From a virus: a stretch of 39,906 nucleotides of DNA. Of the stretch, positions 1 through 9,510 are shown in pieces. The notes under the pieces were generated by a model that did no database searches, was not told the DNA's origin, and saw only the letters and a program-made list of their open reading frames with translations. The first letter of the stretch is position 1; each line of letters starts with the position of its first letter. Made by a program: the position numbers and the translations under genes. The stretch is taken from the UHGV virus genome UHGV-1362718; one strand, written 5' to 3'.

Positions 1-89
1 CAGCAGTTGACGGAAAAATCGAAGTGAGTGTTTCTGATAAAAAAGCTATTGCAATTTTAGAAGAAGCTGCAGATTTAACAGAAATTTAG
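1..89 (+). CDS. C-terminal end of a head-module protein (AVDGKIEVSVSDKKAIAILEEAADLTEI*); likely the continuation of the ORF that starts at 39759 if the genome is circular
   Basis: Open frame from position 3 to TAG at 87..89. The frame is continuous with the ORF running off the window end. Confidence 0.4.
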   Translation, partial: AVDGKIEVSVSDKKAIAILEEAADLTEI

Positions 90-97
90 GTGATTAT

Positions 98-442
98 ATG
101 ACAGACGAACAAAAAAAAGTAATTATAGAAAAAGTTTCAAAAATGCTACCTAATGTTTCAAAAGAGCGTATTTCGTCTGTCTTAGACCTAGTTCTTTTGG
201 AAATCGGATCTTACAATACATGTAAGATTGAAATTGATTGGGATTTACTTACCTCGCTTGTAATTGAAATTCTATATCAGTCACTTAAAAGCGAAACGGA
301 ACAAGCTGTAACTAGCATTAAGCGCGGTGATACATCTATTAGCTATGCAACTACACAGCAAAGTATAACAGCGTTGCTAGGTAATTACAGCGACACTATT
401 AAACGTTTAATTGGCTGTGATAGTGGGGTGTTTTTCTATTGA
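98..442 (+). CDS. head-tail connector protein (gp6-like)
   Basis: 114 aa, sits after the capsid gene in the morphogenesis order. Composition typical of siphovirus head-tail connector proteins. Confidence 0.5.
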   Translation: MTDEQKKVIIEKVSKMLPNVSKERISSVLDLVLLEIGSYNTCKIEIDWDLLTSLVIEILYQSLKSETEQAVTSIKRGDTSISYATTQQSITALLGNYSDTIKRLIGCDSGVFFY

Positions 443-816
443 ATGAAGCGGATATTTTGGCAATGACCTATCTTGACACTTGTGTCATTGAAAGAATGAA
501 CGATATTGAAAATTCTGAAACAGGCATCACTGAGCAAGGGTATTCACCAATCCACGAAGGTAAATTAAAGTGTGCTCTTTCCCAAAGTGGATTGGGTAGT
601 GCTGGAAGCTTACCAGTTGTTGAAAACAAAGGGACCTTTAATATCACTTACGAAGATCAAAAAATATTCTTAATGCCTGATGTAGATGTGAAAAAGGCCG
701 ACAGAATCACGGTCATTCAAAGTACAGGTCAAAAGCATATTTTATTTGCAAAGAAACCCTTTAACTATCCAAGCCACATCGAAGTAACATTGACAGGAAG
801 TGCAATCGATGAGTAA
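439..816 (+). CDS. head-tail joining/adaptor protein (TTG start)
   Basis: 125 aa, overlaps the upstream stop, at the position of a head closure protein. Confidence 0.45.
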   Translation: MNEADILAMTYLDTCVIERMNDIENSETGITEQGYSPIHEGKLKCALSQSGLGSAGSLPVVENKGTFNITYEDQKIFLMPDVDVKKADRITVIQSTGQKHILFAKKPFNYPSHIEVTLTGSAIDE

Positions 817-1207
817 AAGTGATTTTAGAATGACCTCGAATGCTGACAAAGTTATTGCAAACTTGAAGAAAATGACACCAATTGCTGAAAAAGAAGGTAT
901 TGCGATGGTCAATGATTCCTTAACGAAAATTTATCAGTTAATTGTACCTATTACGCCGATTAAAACAGGTGATTTAAGACGTGGATACAGAATCATTAAA
1001 GCTAGAAAAACATCAAGTGGTAGAATCGTTGGCGCCTTAATTAACAATGAAAAATATTTCAAATATGTTAATGACGGACACAGAACGAAGAATGGTGGAT
1101 TTGTAAAAGGGCGATTCATGTTGCAAAAGTCTTATAAATTAGCTCATGCAACGTATATCCCAAAACGATTTAAACAAATGGCAATTGTTATTGCTAAGAA
1201 AGGATAG
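800..1207 (+). CDS. HK97 gp10-family phage protein
   Basis: About 130 aa with the KTGDLRRGY motif typical of the HK97 gp10 family. ATG at 809 is an alternative start. Confidence 0.55.
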   Translation: MQSMSKSDFRMTSNADKVIANLKKMTPIAEKEGIAMVNDSLTKIYQLIVPITPIKTGDLRRGYRIIKARKTSSGRIVGALINNEKYFKYVNDGHRTKNGGFVKGRFMLQKSYKLAHATYIPKRFKQMAIVIAKKG

Positions 1208-1211
1208 GTGT

Positions 1212-1586
1212 ATGTACGACAAAATTTTAAAAATGCTTACTAGCACAATAAAACAGTTTTCTACTGCACCTATCTATTTAAATGACGTTATGCAGTCGTC
1301 AGAGCCGTTTTATTTTGTTTTGAGCATAGAGGAAAGTATGACTGATAACGTTGGTCAAAACGTTCAGAATAAAGCATATAACGTTGATATCGCGTTAGTT
1401 GATAGCAAGAAAAATAAACAATTAGTAACAAGCCTAACAGAAGACTGCGGGGCTTTTTTTAATGTCTTGAAATTAGATGGAAATGAATTGTTTTCGGAAG
1501 ATTATCAGACATTTAAAACAGATGGAATTCAACATGTTAATTTTAATGTTGCTTTTCCTCAATTAATCGAATGGAGTGAAGAATAG
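1212..1586 (+). CDS. tail component (tail terminator/completion-like)
   Basis: ATG at 1212 preceded by AAAGGATAGG RBS. Immediately upstream of the major tail protein. Confidence 0.4.
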   Translation: MYDKILKMLTSTIKQFSTAPIYLNDVMQSSEPFYFVLSIEESMTDNVGQNVQNKAYNVDIALVDSKKNKQLVTSLTEDCGAFFNVLKLDGNELFSEDYQTFKTDGIQHVNFNVAFPQLIEWSEE

Positions 1587-2429
1587 ATGGCAGTTAAAAA
1601 AAATGTAAGTGTCATTTCTGTGGAGAAACCAACCTGGTTCCCACTAACAGACGAAACGGGTGCTTTTCCAGTTTACGGAGCGCCAATTACAATCGGTACT
1701 GCTGTAAGTATCAAACCAGATGTTACAACAGAAACAACGCCTGACTATGGCGATAGTGTAGTTCAAGATCAGTACGTTGCATTTGGTGGTGCAGAAGTTA
1801 CTTTGGAAACAAATGGATACCAGAATGAAGTTTTAGCTGAAATTACGGGTGGTGAAAAATTGAAAGGCGGTGTTTTACGATCCGCAGATGATATTGCACC
1901 AGATGGAGCATTCGCTTATCGCCGTCGTAAATCAAATGGTAAATATCGCTACACAATTTTTTATAAAGGCAAATTTGCATTGACTTCTGATGAATCATCA
2001 ACTCTAGAAGGTAGTTCAGTATCTTACACTCATCCAGAGTGGACAGGTTCATTTGTTGATGTTCCTGGTGTCGGATACATGTATTCAGTCGATGAAGACG
2101 ATGAAGGTGTTGACTTAGATATGATCAAAAATTGGTTTACTACGGTTACTAATCCACGTGAAGAGTCTACAAATCCTGTCAGTGGTGTAACTTTAGATAA
2201 AACGGAATTAGTTCTAACGGTTGGTGAAACTGCAACTCTAACGCCAACAATTGCACCTGAAAACGCAACAAACAAAAACTATTCATTCAAATCAAATGAT
2301 ACTTCAATTGCAACAGTAACACCTGTGCAAGGAAAAGTTACAGCAGTAACAGCAGGAACCACAACTGTTGTTGTCACTACTGAAGATGGCAACCATAAAG
2401 CTGAATGCAGCGTAACAGTTAATGCATAA
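1587..2429 (+). CDS. major tail protein with C-terminal Big_2 (Ig-like) domain
   Basis: 280 aa, phi13-type major tail N-terminus. The C-terminal 80 aa (VTLDKTELVLTVGETATLTPTIAPENAT...VTTEDGNHKAECSVTV) is a classic Big_2 fold signature. Confidence 0.7.
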   Translation: MAVKKNVSVISVEKPTWFPLTDETGAFPVYGAPITIGTAVSIKPDVTTETTPDYGDSVVQDQYVAFGGAEVTLETNGYQNEVLAEITGGEKLKGGVLRSADDIAPDGAFAYRRRKSNGKYRYTIFYKGKFALTSDESSTLEGSSVSYTHPEWTGSFVDVPGVGYMYSVDEDDEGVDLDMIKNWFTTVTNPREESTNPVSGVTLDKTELVLTVGETATLTPTIAPENATNKNYSFKSNDTSIATVTPVQGKVTAVTAGTTTVVVTTEDGNHKAECSVTVNA

Positions 2430-2481
2430 TAAAATTTAAGGACGGCCAAGTGTCGTCCTATTTATATGGAGGAATAAAAAA

Positions 2482-2835
2482 ATGGCAAGCAAATTACAAA
2501 CGACAATTAAACTTTACTTGAAAGATGAAGAAGGCAATTTCACCACTAAACAATTCAAATCCGCTGAAATGTTACCAGGATCTGTTATGGAAGATGCAAC
2601 AGAATTACAAGTAGAACTAGAAGAAATCGTCAAAACAAACGACATGGAGGAAATTCGGCCTGTCTTGCGTAAGTGTTATGACTTTATCGCAAAAGTTATT
2701 TTTGAAGGTCAATTTACGGGCCAAGAATTTCTTGACGGAATGGATGCACGTGAAATCTTAAAAATTACGGGGCAACTATTAGGGTCTGTTTCTAGCGGTT
2801 ATGATGCAGTTTATTCTGATCAGAAAAAAAAGTAA
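2482..2835 (+). CDS. tail assembly chaperone (G-type product)
   Basis: 117 aa acidic protein between the major tail gene and the tape measure gene. Ends at an A_AAA_AAG slippery site. Confidence 0.6.
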   Translation: MASKLQTTIKLYLKDEEGNFTTKQFKSAEMLPGSVMEDATELQVELEEIVKTNDMEEIRPVLRKCYDFIAKVIFEGQFTGQEFLDGMDAREILKITGQLLGSVSSGYDAVYSDQKKK

Positions 2836-3038
2836 CAGATCTCCTTTATCATCCTCATTTTAAATTTAGTCCACAGTACCGAGAAGCAGAATTAAAAATT
2901 ACGTTGCTTGAAAATGGGTGGACACTAAACGAAATTGAGAATACAGACTTGAACGAACTTATGAAGCTTTATGCGTTCAGAGATGCTGTTAAAGAATTTG
3001 AAGAGCTTAAATTCCTTGATGAACACACAATGTTCTAA
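2482..3038 (+). CDS. tail assembly chaperone frameshift product (GT-type), -1 programmed frameshift at 2826..2832
   Basis: Slippery heptamer A_AAA_AAG lies 1 codon before the stop. The -1 frame is open for 68 more codons (EKKVTDLLYHPHFKF...DEHTMF*) and ends just before the tape measure RBS. Confidence 0.5.
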
Positions 3039-3056
3039 GAAGGGAGGGGGTACTTA

Positions 3057-5981
3057 TTGAACAATGAAGACTTAGTCTTAAAAATGATACTAGATGAATC
3101 AGGATTCTCCCAAGGTCTAAATTCGGCAGTAAAAAAGTTGCAAGGTTTTGATGGAGAGGTTGACAGAACAGGACAAAAAGGCGGCCGCTCTCTTGGATCT
3201 ATTTGGACGTCATTTGTTGGTAACTTTTTAGCCAGCGGAGCAACTAAAATTATTTCAAAAGGAATTGGGCTGATTACCAGCAACATCGATGGGGCCATTA
3301 ATCGCGTGGATACGTTAAATAACGCAAACCGTGTATTTGAAAATATGGGTTTTTCAGCTGGTGAAACATCAAAGACAATGGATAGCTTAAAGAAGAGCAT
3401 CCAAGGGTTACCTACACCTTTAGACAGCGCAATTAAAGGTGTTCAATTAATTGCTTCGTCTACAAATGATTTAGGAAAATCAGAACAGATTTTCGCAGCT
3501 TTAAATAATGGTATCCTCGGCTTTGGTGGGTCTGCAGAGATGGTAGACAATGCTATTATCCAGCTGTCCCAATCGTTCTCAAATGGTAAAGTAGATGCGC
3601 AAACTTGGAACTCAATGATTAACAGTGGTTTGGGTCCAGCGTTGAATGCTTTAGCGAAACAAATGGGGTTAACTGCTGGTCAGATGAAAGAAGGTCTCTC
3701 TGATGGTTCAATTTCAGTTGAAGAATTTCAAGACTCTCTAATTAAATTGAATAAAGAAGGCGGAGGAGGTCTTAAATCATTAGAACAGATTGCTAAAGAC
3801 TCTACTGCAGGTATTAAAACCGGATTGGCTAACATGAAAACTGCGATCGTTCGTGGCGTGGCCAATGTTGTAACTAAAATTGACGAAGGCTTAAAGGGTG
3901 CAGGTTTTGGAAGTATTAGTGAAATTATTGCTGACAAAGGCGCAAAGATGGAAGCGGCTTTATCTAAGTTTGCTGAGACGATTCCACCAATGATAAAAAC
4001 AGTTAAAACATTGTATGATACGTTAAAGCCTTATGCACCGCTACTTGCGGGTTTAGCGGGTAGCATCGGGACGTTAATGCTTGCTAAAAAAGTAAGTGCA
4101 GCATTTACAGCTTGGCAAAAAGCAACGGAAGGACTATCAATTGCGCAAGCGATACTTAATTCAACAATGTTAGCAAATCCTTTTGTCGCTATTCTAGCTG
4201 CGGTTGTAGGGTTAGTCACAGGATTTATTTATCTTTGGAAAACCAATGAAGGTTTTAGAGATGCTGTTAAAAACATTTGGAAAAACATCCAGGAGGTCAT
4301 TTCAAGCGCTGCTGATGTAGTTGTAAAAGCTTGGGATTCGACAATGGAATTCTTCAGCAATATGTGGGATGGCACAAAAGAAGCTTTTTCAAATGCTGGT
4401 ACATGGATGAAAGAAGCACCTGGAAATGCAGCCGACTGGGTTAAAAATAAATGGAATGGTACTAAAGAATTCTTTAGTGGACTTTGGGATTCAACAAAAG
4501 AAGGCTCAAAAAACACATGGGAAAATATCAAGCAGGGTGCTGCTGATAGTGCTAAAAGCGTTGGCGAAAGTTTTAAAAATGGCTTTGATAATGCGAAAGA
4601 TTGGTTTAAGGGTATTGGAAAATCAATATCAGATGTTTTCACAACAGCATTTGATTTTGTTTGGAAATATATTGGTCCGTATGTAACAGGAATCAAAAAT
4701 GCGTTTAAAATGGTTGTTAACGCTATGAAAGCGAACATTGAAAATGTCAAAATGATCGCTGAAAATGTCGTTACCATTCTAAAAAATGTTCTGTTAGCTC
4801 CAATACTTTTCATCACATCAATGATTACAGGTGGGTGGGAAGAAGCAAAAGAGAACATGATTGCCGTTTGGGATAATATTGCTGAAGCAGCCCAAACAAT
4901 TTGGTTTGGTATTAAAAATATCTTTTATAACACTGTCACAGCTATTTCCTATTCAGTCACTTCTATTTTTAATGGATTGATGTTGACAATTAAAAAGATT
5001 TGGATTGATGTGAAGTTATTTTTCACCTTACTTTGGATTGACATCAAATATGGAGCAATCAACGTTTGGATTGAAATTAAATATTCTATCATCGAAACGT
5101 GGATAAATATTAAATTTGAAGCAATTAGAATATGGGAAAGTTTGAAAACTTGGTTCTTTGAAACAGTAGAAAACATTAAAAATGGTGTGATTGATGGCTG
5201 GAACAACCTAAAACAAGGAACCATTGATACATTTAATGCAACTGTTCAATGGTCAAAAGATACATGGTCCAATTTCAAACAGTGGATTGTTGATACGGCG
5301 GTTGGAATAAAAGATGGTGTTGTTCAAACCTGGTATAGAATTAGAAATGGCACAATAGAAACCTTCAACAACATGGTACAAGGTGCTAAAAACGCATGGG
5401 ATAATCTCACAAGAAGTGTTAGTGATACCGTTTCTAATGTACAACAAACTTTTGAAGATTTAAAACATGTTGATTTATTTGAAATTGGCAAAAATATTAT
5501 TCAAGGTTTGGTCGATGGTATCGGGTCCATGATTGGTGCTGTTGGTGAAAAAATTAAAGAAGTTGCAGGGAATATTAAAGATGGGATCAAAGGGGCCTTA
5601 AAAATTCATTCTCCTTCACGTTGGATGCGTGACATGATTGGTAAAAACATTGTGTTGGGTGTCGTGGATGGTATTGATCAAGAGAAAGGAACTTTGGATA
5701 AATCGGTTAAAAATATGGCTGATTTACCTACAGAATTACCGGATTTTTCTGTCACAGGTAGATATGCTAATCAACAGGAATCACAAAGATCTAAATCAGA
5801 TAAGAACAACAGCAATGCAACGACTACCTTTGGTGGTGATACCTTTAACATTAATTTACAAGCAATGGGTGAATTAGATGATAAGCAATTAATGAGCATG
5901 GCTCAAAAATTAGTTAAATACATTCAAGTTGTCAAAAATAGAGATAGCGATGCAGTAGGAGGTGCTTTTGGTGGAATTTAA
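3057..5981 (+). CDS. tail tape measure protein
   Basis: 974 aa, TTG start after AGGGAGGGGG RBS. TP901-like N-terminus, hydrophobic segment, and long 11-residue periodic Trp/Asn repeats. Confidence 0.9.
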   Translation: MNNEDLVLKMILDESGFSQGLNSAVKKLQGFDGEVDRTGQKGGRSLGSIWTSFVGNFLASGATKIISKGIGLITSNIDGAINRVDTLNNANRVFENMGFSAGETSKTMDSLKKSIQGLPTPLDSAIKGVQLIASSTNDLGKSEQIFAALNNGILGFGGSAEMVDNAIIQLSQSFSNGKVDAQTWNSMINSGLGPALNALAKQMGLTAGQMKEGLSDGSISVEEFQDSLIKLNKEGGGGLKSLEQIAKDSTAGIKTGLANMKTAIVRGVANVVTKIDEGLKGAGFGSISEIIADKGAKMEAALSKFAETIPPMIKTVKTLYDTLKPYAPLLAGLAGSIGTLMLAKKVSAAFTAWQKATEGLSIAQAILNSTMLANPFVAILAAVVGLVTGFIYLWKTNEGFRDAVKNIWKNIQEVISSAADVVVKAWDSTMEFFSNMWDGTKEAFSNAGTWMKEAPGNAADWVKNKWNGTKEFFSGLWDSTKEGSKNTWENIKQGAADSAKSVGESFKNGFDNAKDWFKGIGKSISDVFTTAFDFVWKYIGPYVTGIKNAFKMVVNAMKANIENVKMIAENVVTILKNVLLAPILFITSMITGGWEEAKENMIAVWDNIAEAAQTIWFGIKNIFYNTVTAISYSVTSIFNGLMLTIKKIWIDVKLFFTLLWIDIKYGAINVWIEIKYSIIETWINIKFEAIRIWESLKTWFFETVENIKNGVIDGWNNLKQGTIDTFNATVQWSKDTWSNFKQWIVDTAVGIKDGVVQTWYRIRNGTIETFNNMVQGAKNAWDNLTRSVSDTVSNVQQTFEDLKHVDLFEIGKNIIQGLVDGIGSMIGAVGEKIKEVAGNIKDGIKGALKIHSPSRWMRDMIGKNIVLGVVDGIDQEKGTLDKSVKNMADLPTELPDFSVTGRYANQQESQRSKSDKNNSNATTTFGGDTFNINLQAMGELDDKQLMSMAQKLVKYIQVVKNRDSDAVGGAFGGI
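4230..5440 (+). repeat. 33-nt (11-aa) periodic tryptophan repeats inside the tape measure gene
   Basis: Recurrent W..N..K/W.DT motifs such as FFSNMWDGTKEAFSNAGTWMKE, WVKNKWNGTKEFFSGLWDSTKEG and IWIDVKLFFTLLWIDIKYG. Confidence 0.6.
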
Positions 5982-6705
5982 AAGAGGTCAGTTTTTTCTT
6001 AATGGAAAACATAGCTCTGAATTCAATGTGTTTATGAGAGAAAGACCTGAACGACTTTCTGCGGGACGTGTAGTAGAGCTGAGGGAGCGAATGGGTAATG
6101 ATTCAATAGCTGTTGATTTTGAGTATTATAAAAATGTAGAACGCACCATTACATGCTATGCGAAAGCAAGAAATTTACAAGAAGTATCTTTCTTAGAAGA
6201 TGAAATCTCGTTTTGGCTCGATATGGGAAACTACTCAGACTTTATCGCCTATTTTGATGAACATTACATCTATCAAGCCATCGTAACAAGTCCACCAAAG
6301 TTTACAGGAACAAGAAAAACAGGGGTTTTAATTCCTTTTGAGTTTACTGTAAGTATCCGACCTTTCAAAAAAAATCGTATTGGCCAATATTGGACAAGTA
6401 ATCCTAAACAATTAATAAACACAGAAAAATATCCTTCAGAACCTGCTATTCAGATTTTTGGTTCTGGGGATATTTCTTTTTTCATCAATAATCAGGAATA
6501 CAGATTAAAAGCGATTGCTGGAGATATCATTATCGATTCAGAAAAACAAGAAGCTTATCGAAACTCAGGTGGAGCTTTTGAAATTTTGGATCATAAAACA
6601 CTTTTCAAAGATTACCCAATTTTAAAAAGTGGAGAAAATAATTTTCGCTGGACTGGAAAAGTAACAGAGTTTAAGGTTCAGCCTAATTGGAGGCGGAAAG
6701 TTTGA
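5962..6705 (+). CDS. distal tail protein (Dit, siphovirus tail family)
   Basis: About 245 aa directly after the tape measure gene. Start ambiguous (GTG 5962, TTG 5968 or GTG 5971) after AGGAGG. Confidence 0.65.
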   Translation: MLLVEFKRGQFFLNGKHSSEFNVFMRERPERLSAGRVVELRERMGNDSIAVDFEYYKNVERTITCYAKARNLQEVSFLEDEISFWLDMGNYSDFIAYFDEHYIYQAIVTSPPKFTGTRKTGVLIPFEFTVSIRPFKKNRIGQYWTSNPKQLINTEKYPSEPAIQIFGSGDISFFINNQEYRLKAIAGDIIIDSEKQEAYRNSGGAFEILDHKTLFKDYPILKSGENNFRWTGKVTEFKVQPNWRRKV

Positions 6706-9494
6706 TTCCAGTTATTTTTAAACCTGGGGAAAAAGATTTTACAACAAACGGCTTAGGACGTCTTGTTGATGCGACACGTTGCGAAATCACTGAAGAAGCA
6801 AACGGAAAATATGAACTAGAAATGGACTACCCAGCGATTAGCAGATTTAGTGATTATTTCGAAAATGGCTATCAAATTAAAGCAAAGCCAAATGACTTAG
6901 AAGAATACCACATTTTCGAGATCAAACAAACGTTTAAAGATACGTTTACTAATAGCATTGTCATTTATGCCCAATCTCGTACTTATAAGCTAGGAAACAG
7001 ACAAGTGAGGCTAGTAACAGTTGATAATCGTAATGGTGCAGAAGCAATGAAATTAATCGAACAGAACATGGACGAACCTTGTGATATCAAACTATATTCT
7101 GATATAAATACAGCTTCTAGCACTACATTTGAAGCTAGAAATGCACTGAATTGTATTGCAGGTGAACAAGGTTCTCTGCTTCAATATTGGGGCGGAGAAA
7201 TAAAACGAGAGCCTTTTAAATTGTCTTTGCTAAGGCGTAGAGGACGAGATAACGTTGGAACTGTTCGTTATGGTAAAGATTTAAAAGGATTAACCATTAA
7301 ATTTGATTGGCAATCAATTGTTACTAAAGTTTTGCCATTTGCAGAGCTTCAAAGTGGAGCAGACGGAACTTCTCAACGGATTTATGGAAATGCAGTTAAA
7401 AGCGAATATATCAGTAAGTATCCTGATGTTTACGCTCAATACATCCAGTTTACTGAAGATCAAGGAGTAAAAGATTTATCCAGCTTAAATAAAGTGGCAG
7501 GTAAATACTTCACTACATTATATCCAGGAAGTGATAAGCCTAAAGTTTCTATTGAATTAGAAATTGAGAAACTCACAGATTCAGAAGAAGCAAAAGAATT
7601 TGCGAAAATGAGAAACTATAATTTATTCGATACGTTCACTGTGTATCACAAGCTTTATGATATTGACATTCAAACGAAGGTTACAGGAATTGTCTATGAT
7701 GCTTTAGCAGAAAAAACAATAAAGATTACTGCTGGAGATATTCAAGTTGCTTTTTATAAACAGCAAAGTCAAGATTTTCAAGAATTTATTAAAACGTTGA
7801 CTAAGAAAGATTATATGAGTGATTTCATTGATTACGTTACCGATTTAATTAATGGTGTAAAAGGTGGTAGTATTCTTCAATATCCTAAAAATAGGCCGCA
7901 TACGCTTTATTTTATGGATACAGATTCCACAGATACTGCAAAGAATGTTATCGCTATTAATAATCAGGGCATCGGATTTTCAACTACCGGATGGAAAGGT
8001 CCATTTAGAAACGCCTGGACCATTGATGGTATTTTAAATGCCGATTTTATCAGAGCTGGTAAAATTAGATCTGATATTTTTGAAACGTCATTTAACTCTT
8101 ACGGAGATATATTACGTTTAGTCAATGGTGCTTTACAAGCATGGAATGGAAAAACTAAAATAATGGAATTGACCAAAAAAGGTACGGAGTTCTGGAATGG
8201 CAATAGTCATGTTGGTACGATGGGAACAAAAGGAAATCCTTTTCCTGAATTAAACGATGTTAACGGAAATCCAGTCGTTACAGATGGCAAAGCATTGTTA
8301 CTAGTAGGCGATAGTTCTTATAACACAATTGGATTATCTAACGAAAAAAATACAGGACTTGTCTTATCTGGTAAAAATCAGTTTCATTTGGGAAATCATT
8401 TTTATTTTATCGGTAAAGATGGTACTCCTTCAACGATATATGCAGATAAAATGTTTTTACAAGGTAAAGAAGTAATACCTGGTCAAAATGGTGGTGGTGG
8501 TTCTGGAGCTGGTACAGGTGGTTATCCACCAGAAGTTACAAGCGATGCAGATAAATTTGCTTGGGACTTATGGAGTTACCTTTTAGCTAACGGATATAGC
8601 AAAGCAGCTGCTGCAGGTATTCTCGGAAATGTTCAAGGAGAAGTTGGTTCAAGTATGAACCCAGATACCGAACAAGTAGGTGGACCAGCTTACGGATGGG
8701 TTCAATGGGATGGTTCAGCGTATCCATTGGTAGGCGCACCAACTTGGAATGGCCGAGAATACGTACAACGCTTAATTGCTGCTGCTGGTATCAAACAAGA
8801 CTATAGGACTTCATTAGCCCAAGCCCAATTAATTAATTGGTGTATGTTTAATGGGCAATGGTTAGGGCAAGTAAGTCCACTAACGGTAGACGAATTTAAA
8901 GTTGTTAGCTCGCCAAAAACAGCGGCTTATGCGTTTGAATTAAACTTTGAACGACCAGCTGTAGCACATCCAGAAAGACAAGCTTACGCGCAAACATGGT
9001 ATGACAAATTTAAAGATTTGAAAGCTTCTACTGAGACAGGAAAAGCTGGGATAGAACATTTGGAGACCATAATGGGGAAATGGCTTGGTAATGGGCAATG
9101 TTATGCCGTTCCAGCCGAATATTCTGGTTTTATGGGCGGCTGTGGTTTAGGTGCAGGAACAATTTATGGCTTTTCGCATGTAATTGGTGATACATCATCT
9201 GCTGCAGATATTGGCGAAGCATACGATTGGAATGCGGTTGGTTGGAAAGTGATTTCAAATCCTACGTATAAAGATTTAGTCGTAGGAGCGATCGTCAATA
9301 TTAGACGAGGTGGCCAATGGGGATCAGGTTGGACAGTAGACCCAACATATGGCCACACAGGCGTGATTTATGGATTAGATAACGGACGTATCCAAACCAT
9401 AGAACAGAATGCCGAGCAAGGTCAAATTGTTGCAAAATATGACCGATTATATTTTGCTAATTCGATTCAATCGATTGTTATCCCACCAAAATAA
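6687..9494 (+). CDS. tail-associated lysin (Tal) with prophage tail endopeptidase N-terminus, lysozyme-like domain and C-terminal CHAP domain
   Basis: 935 aa. Gly-rich linker (GGGGSGAGTGG), then a GILGNVQGEVGSSMNPD lysozyme-like segment, then a CHAP-like Cys/His pair (NGQCYAVPAEY ... YGHTGVIYG). Confidence 0.8.
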   Translation: MEAESLIPVIFKPGEKDFTTNGLGRLVDATRCEITEEANGKYELEMDYPAISRFSDYFENGYQIKAKPNDLEEYHIFEIKQTFKDTFTNSIVIYAQSRTYKLGNRQVRLVTVDNRNGAEAMKLIEQNMDEPCDIKLYSDINTASSTTFEARNALNCIAGEQGSLLQYWGGEIKREPFKLSLLRRRGRDNVGTVRYGKDLKGLTIKFDWQSIVTKVLPFAELQSGADGTSQRIYGNAVKSEYISKYPDVYAQYIQFTEDQGVKDLSSLNKVAGKYFTTLYPGSDKPKVSIELEIEKLTDSEEAKEFAKMRNYNLFDTFTVYHKLYDIDIQTKVTGIVYDALAEKTIKITAGDIQVAFYKQQSQDFQEFIKTLTKKDYMSDFIDYVTDLINGVKGGSILQYPKNRPHTLYFMDTDSTDTAKNVIAINNQGIGFSTTGWKGPFRNAWTIDGILNADFIRAGKIRSDIFETSFNSYGDILRLVNGALQAWNGKTKIMELTKKGTEFWNGNSHVGTMGTKGNPFPELNDVNGNPVVTDGKALLLVGDSSYNTIGLSNEKNTGLVLSGKNQFHLGNHFYFIGKDGTPSTIYADKMFLQGKEVIPGQNGGGGSGAGTGGYPPEVTSDADKFAWDLWSYLLANGYSKAAAAGILGNVQGEVGSSMNPDTEQVGGPAYGWVQWDGSAYPLVGAPTWNGREYVQRLIAAAGIKQDYRTSLAQAQLINWCMFNGQWLGQVSPLTVDEFKVVSSPKTAAYAFELNFERPAVAHPERQAYAQTWYDKFKDLKASTETGKAGIEHLETIMGKWLGNGQCYAVPAEYSGFMGGCGLGAGTIYGFSHVIGDTSSAADIGEAYDWNAVGWKVISNPTYKDLVVGAIVNIRRGGQWGSGWTVDPTYGHTGVIYGLDNGRIQTIEQNAEQGQIVAKYDRLYFANSIQSIVIPPK

Positions 9495-9510
9495 CGAAAG
9501 GAGCGAGCAA

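Noticed and set aside
934-2275. Minus-strand ORFs 934..1119, 1843..2052 and 2030..2275 within connector and major tail genes
   Set aside because: Embedded antisense frames with odd composition (Ser/Thr/Leu runs). No independent support.
4229-4858. Antisense ORFs inside the tape measure gene (4229..4858, 3035..3400, 3728..3937, 4949..5224, 5253..5447, all minus strand)
   Set aside because: Low-complexity translations embedded in a well-supported long plus-strand gene with no RBS or context. Typical spurious frames in repeat-rich AT-biased sequence.
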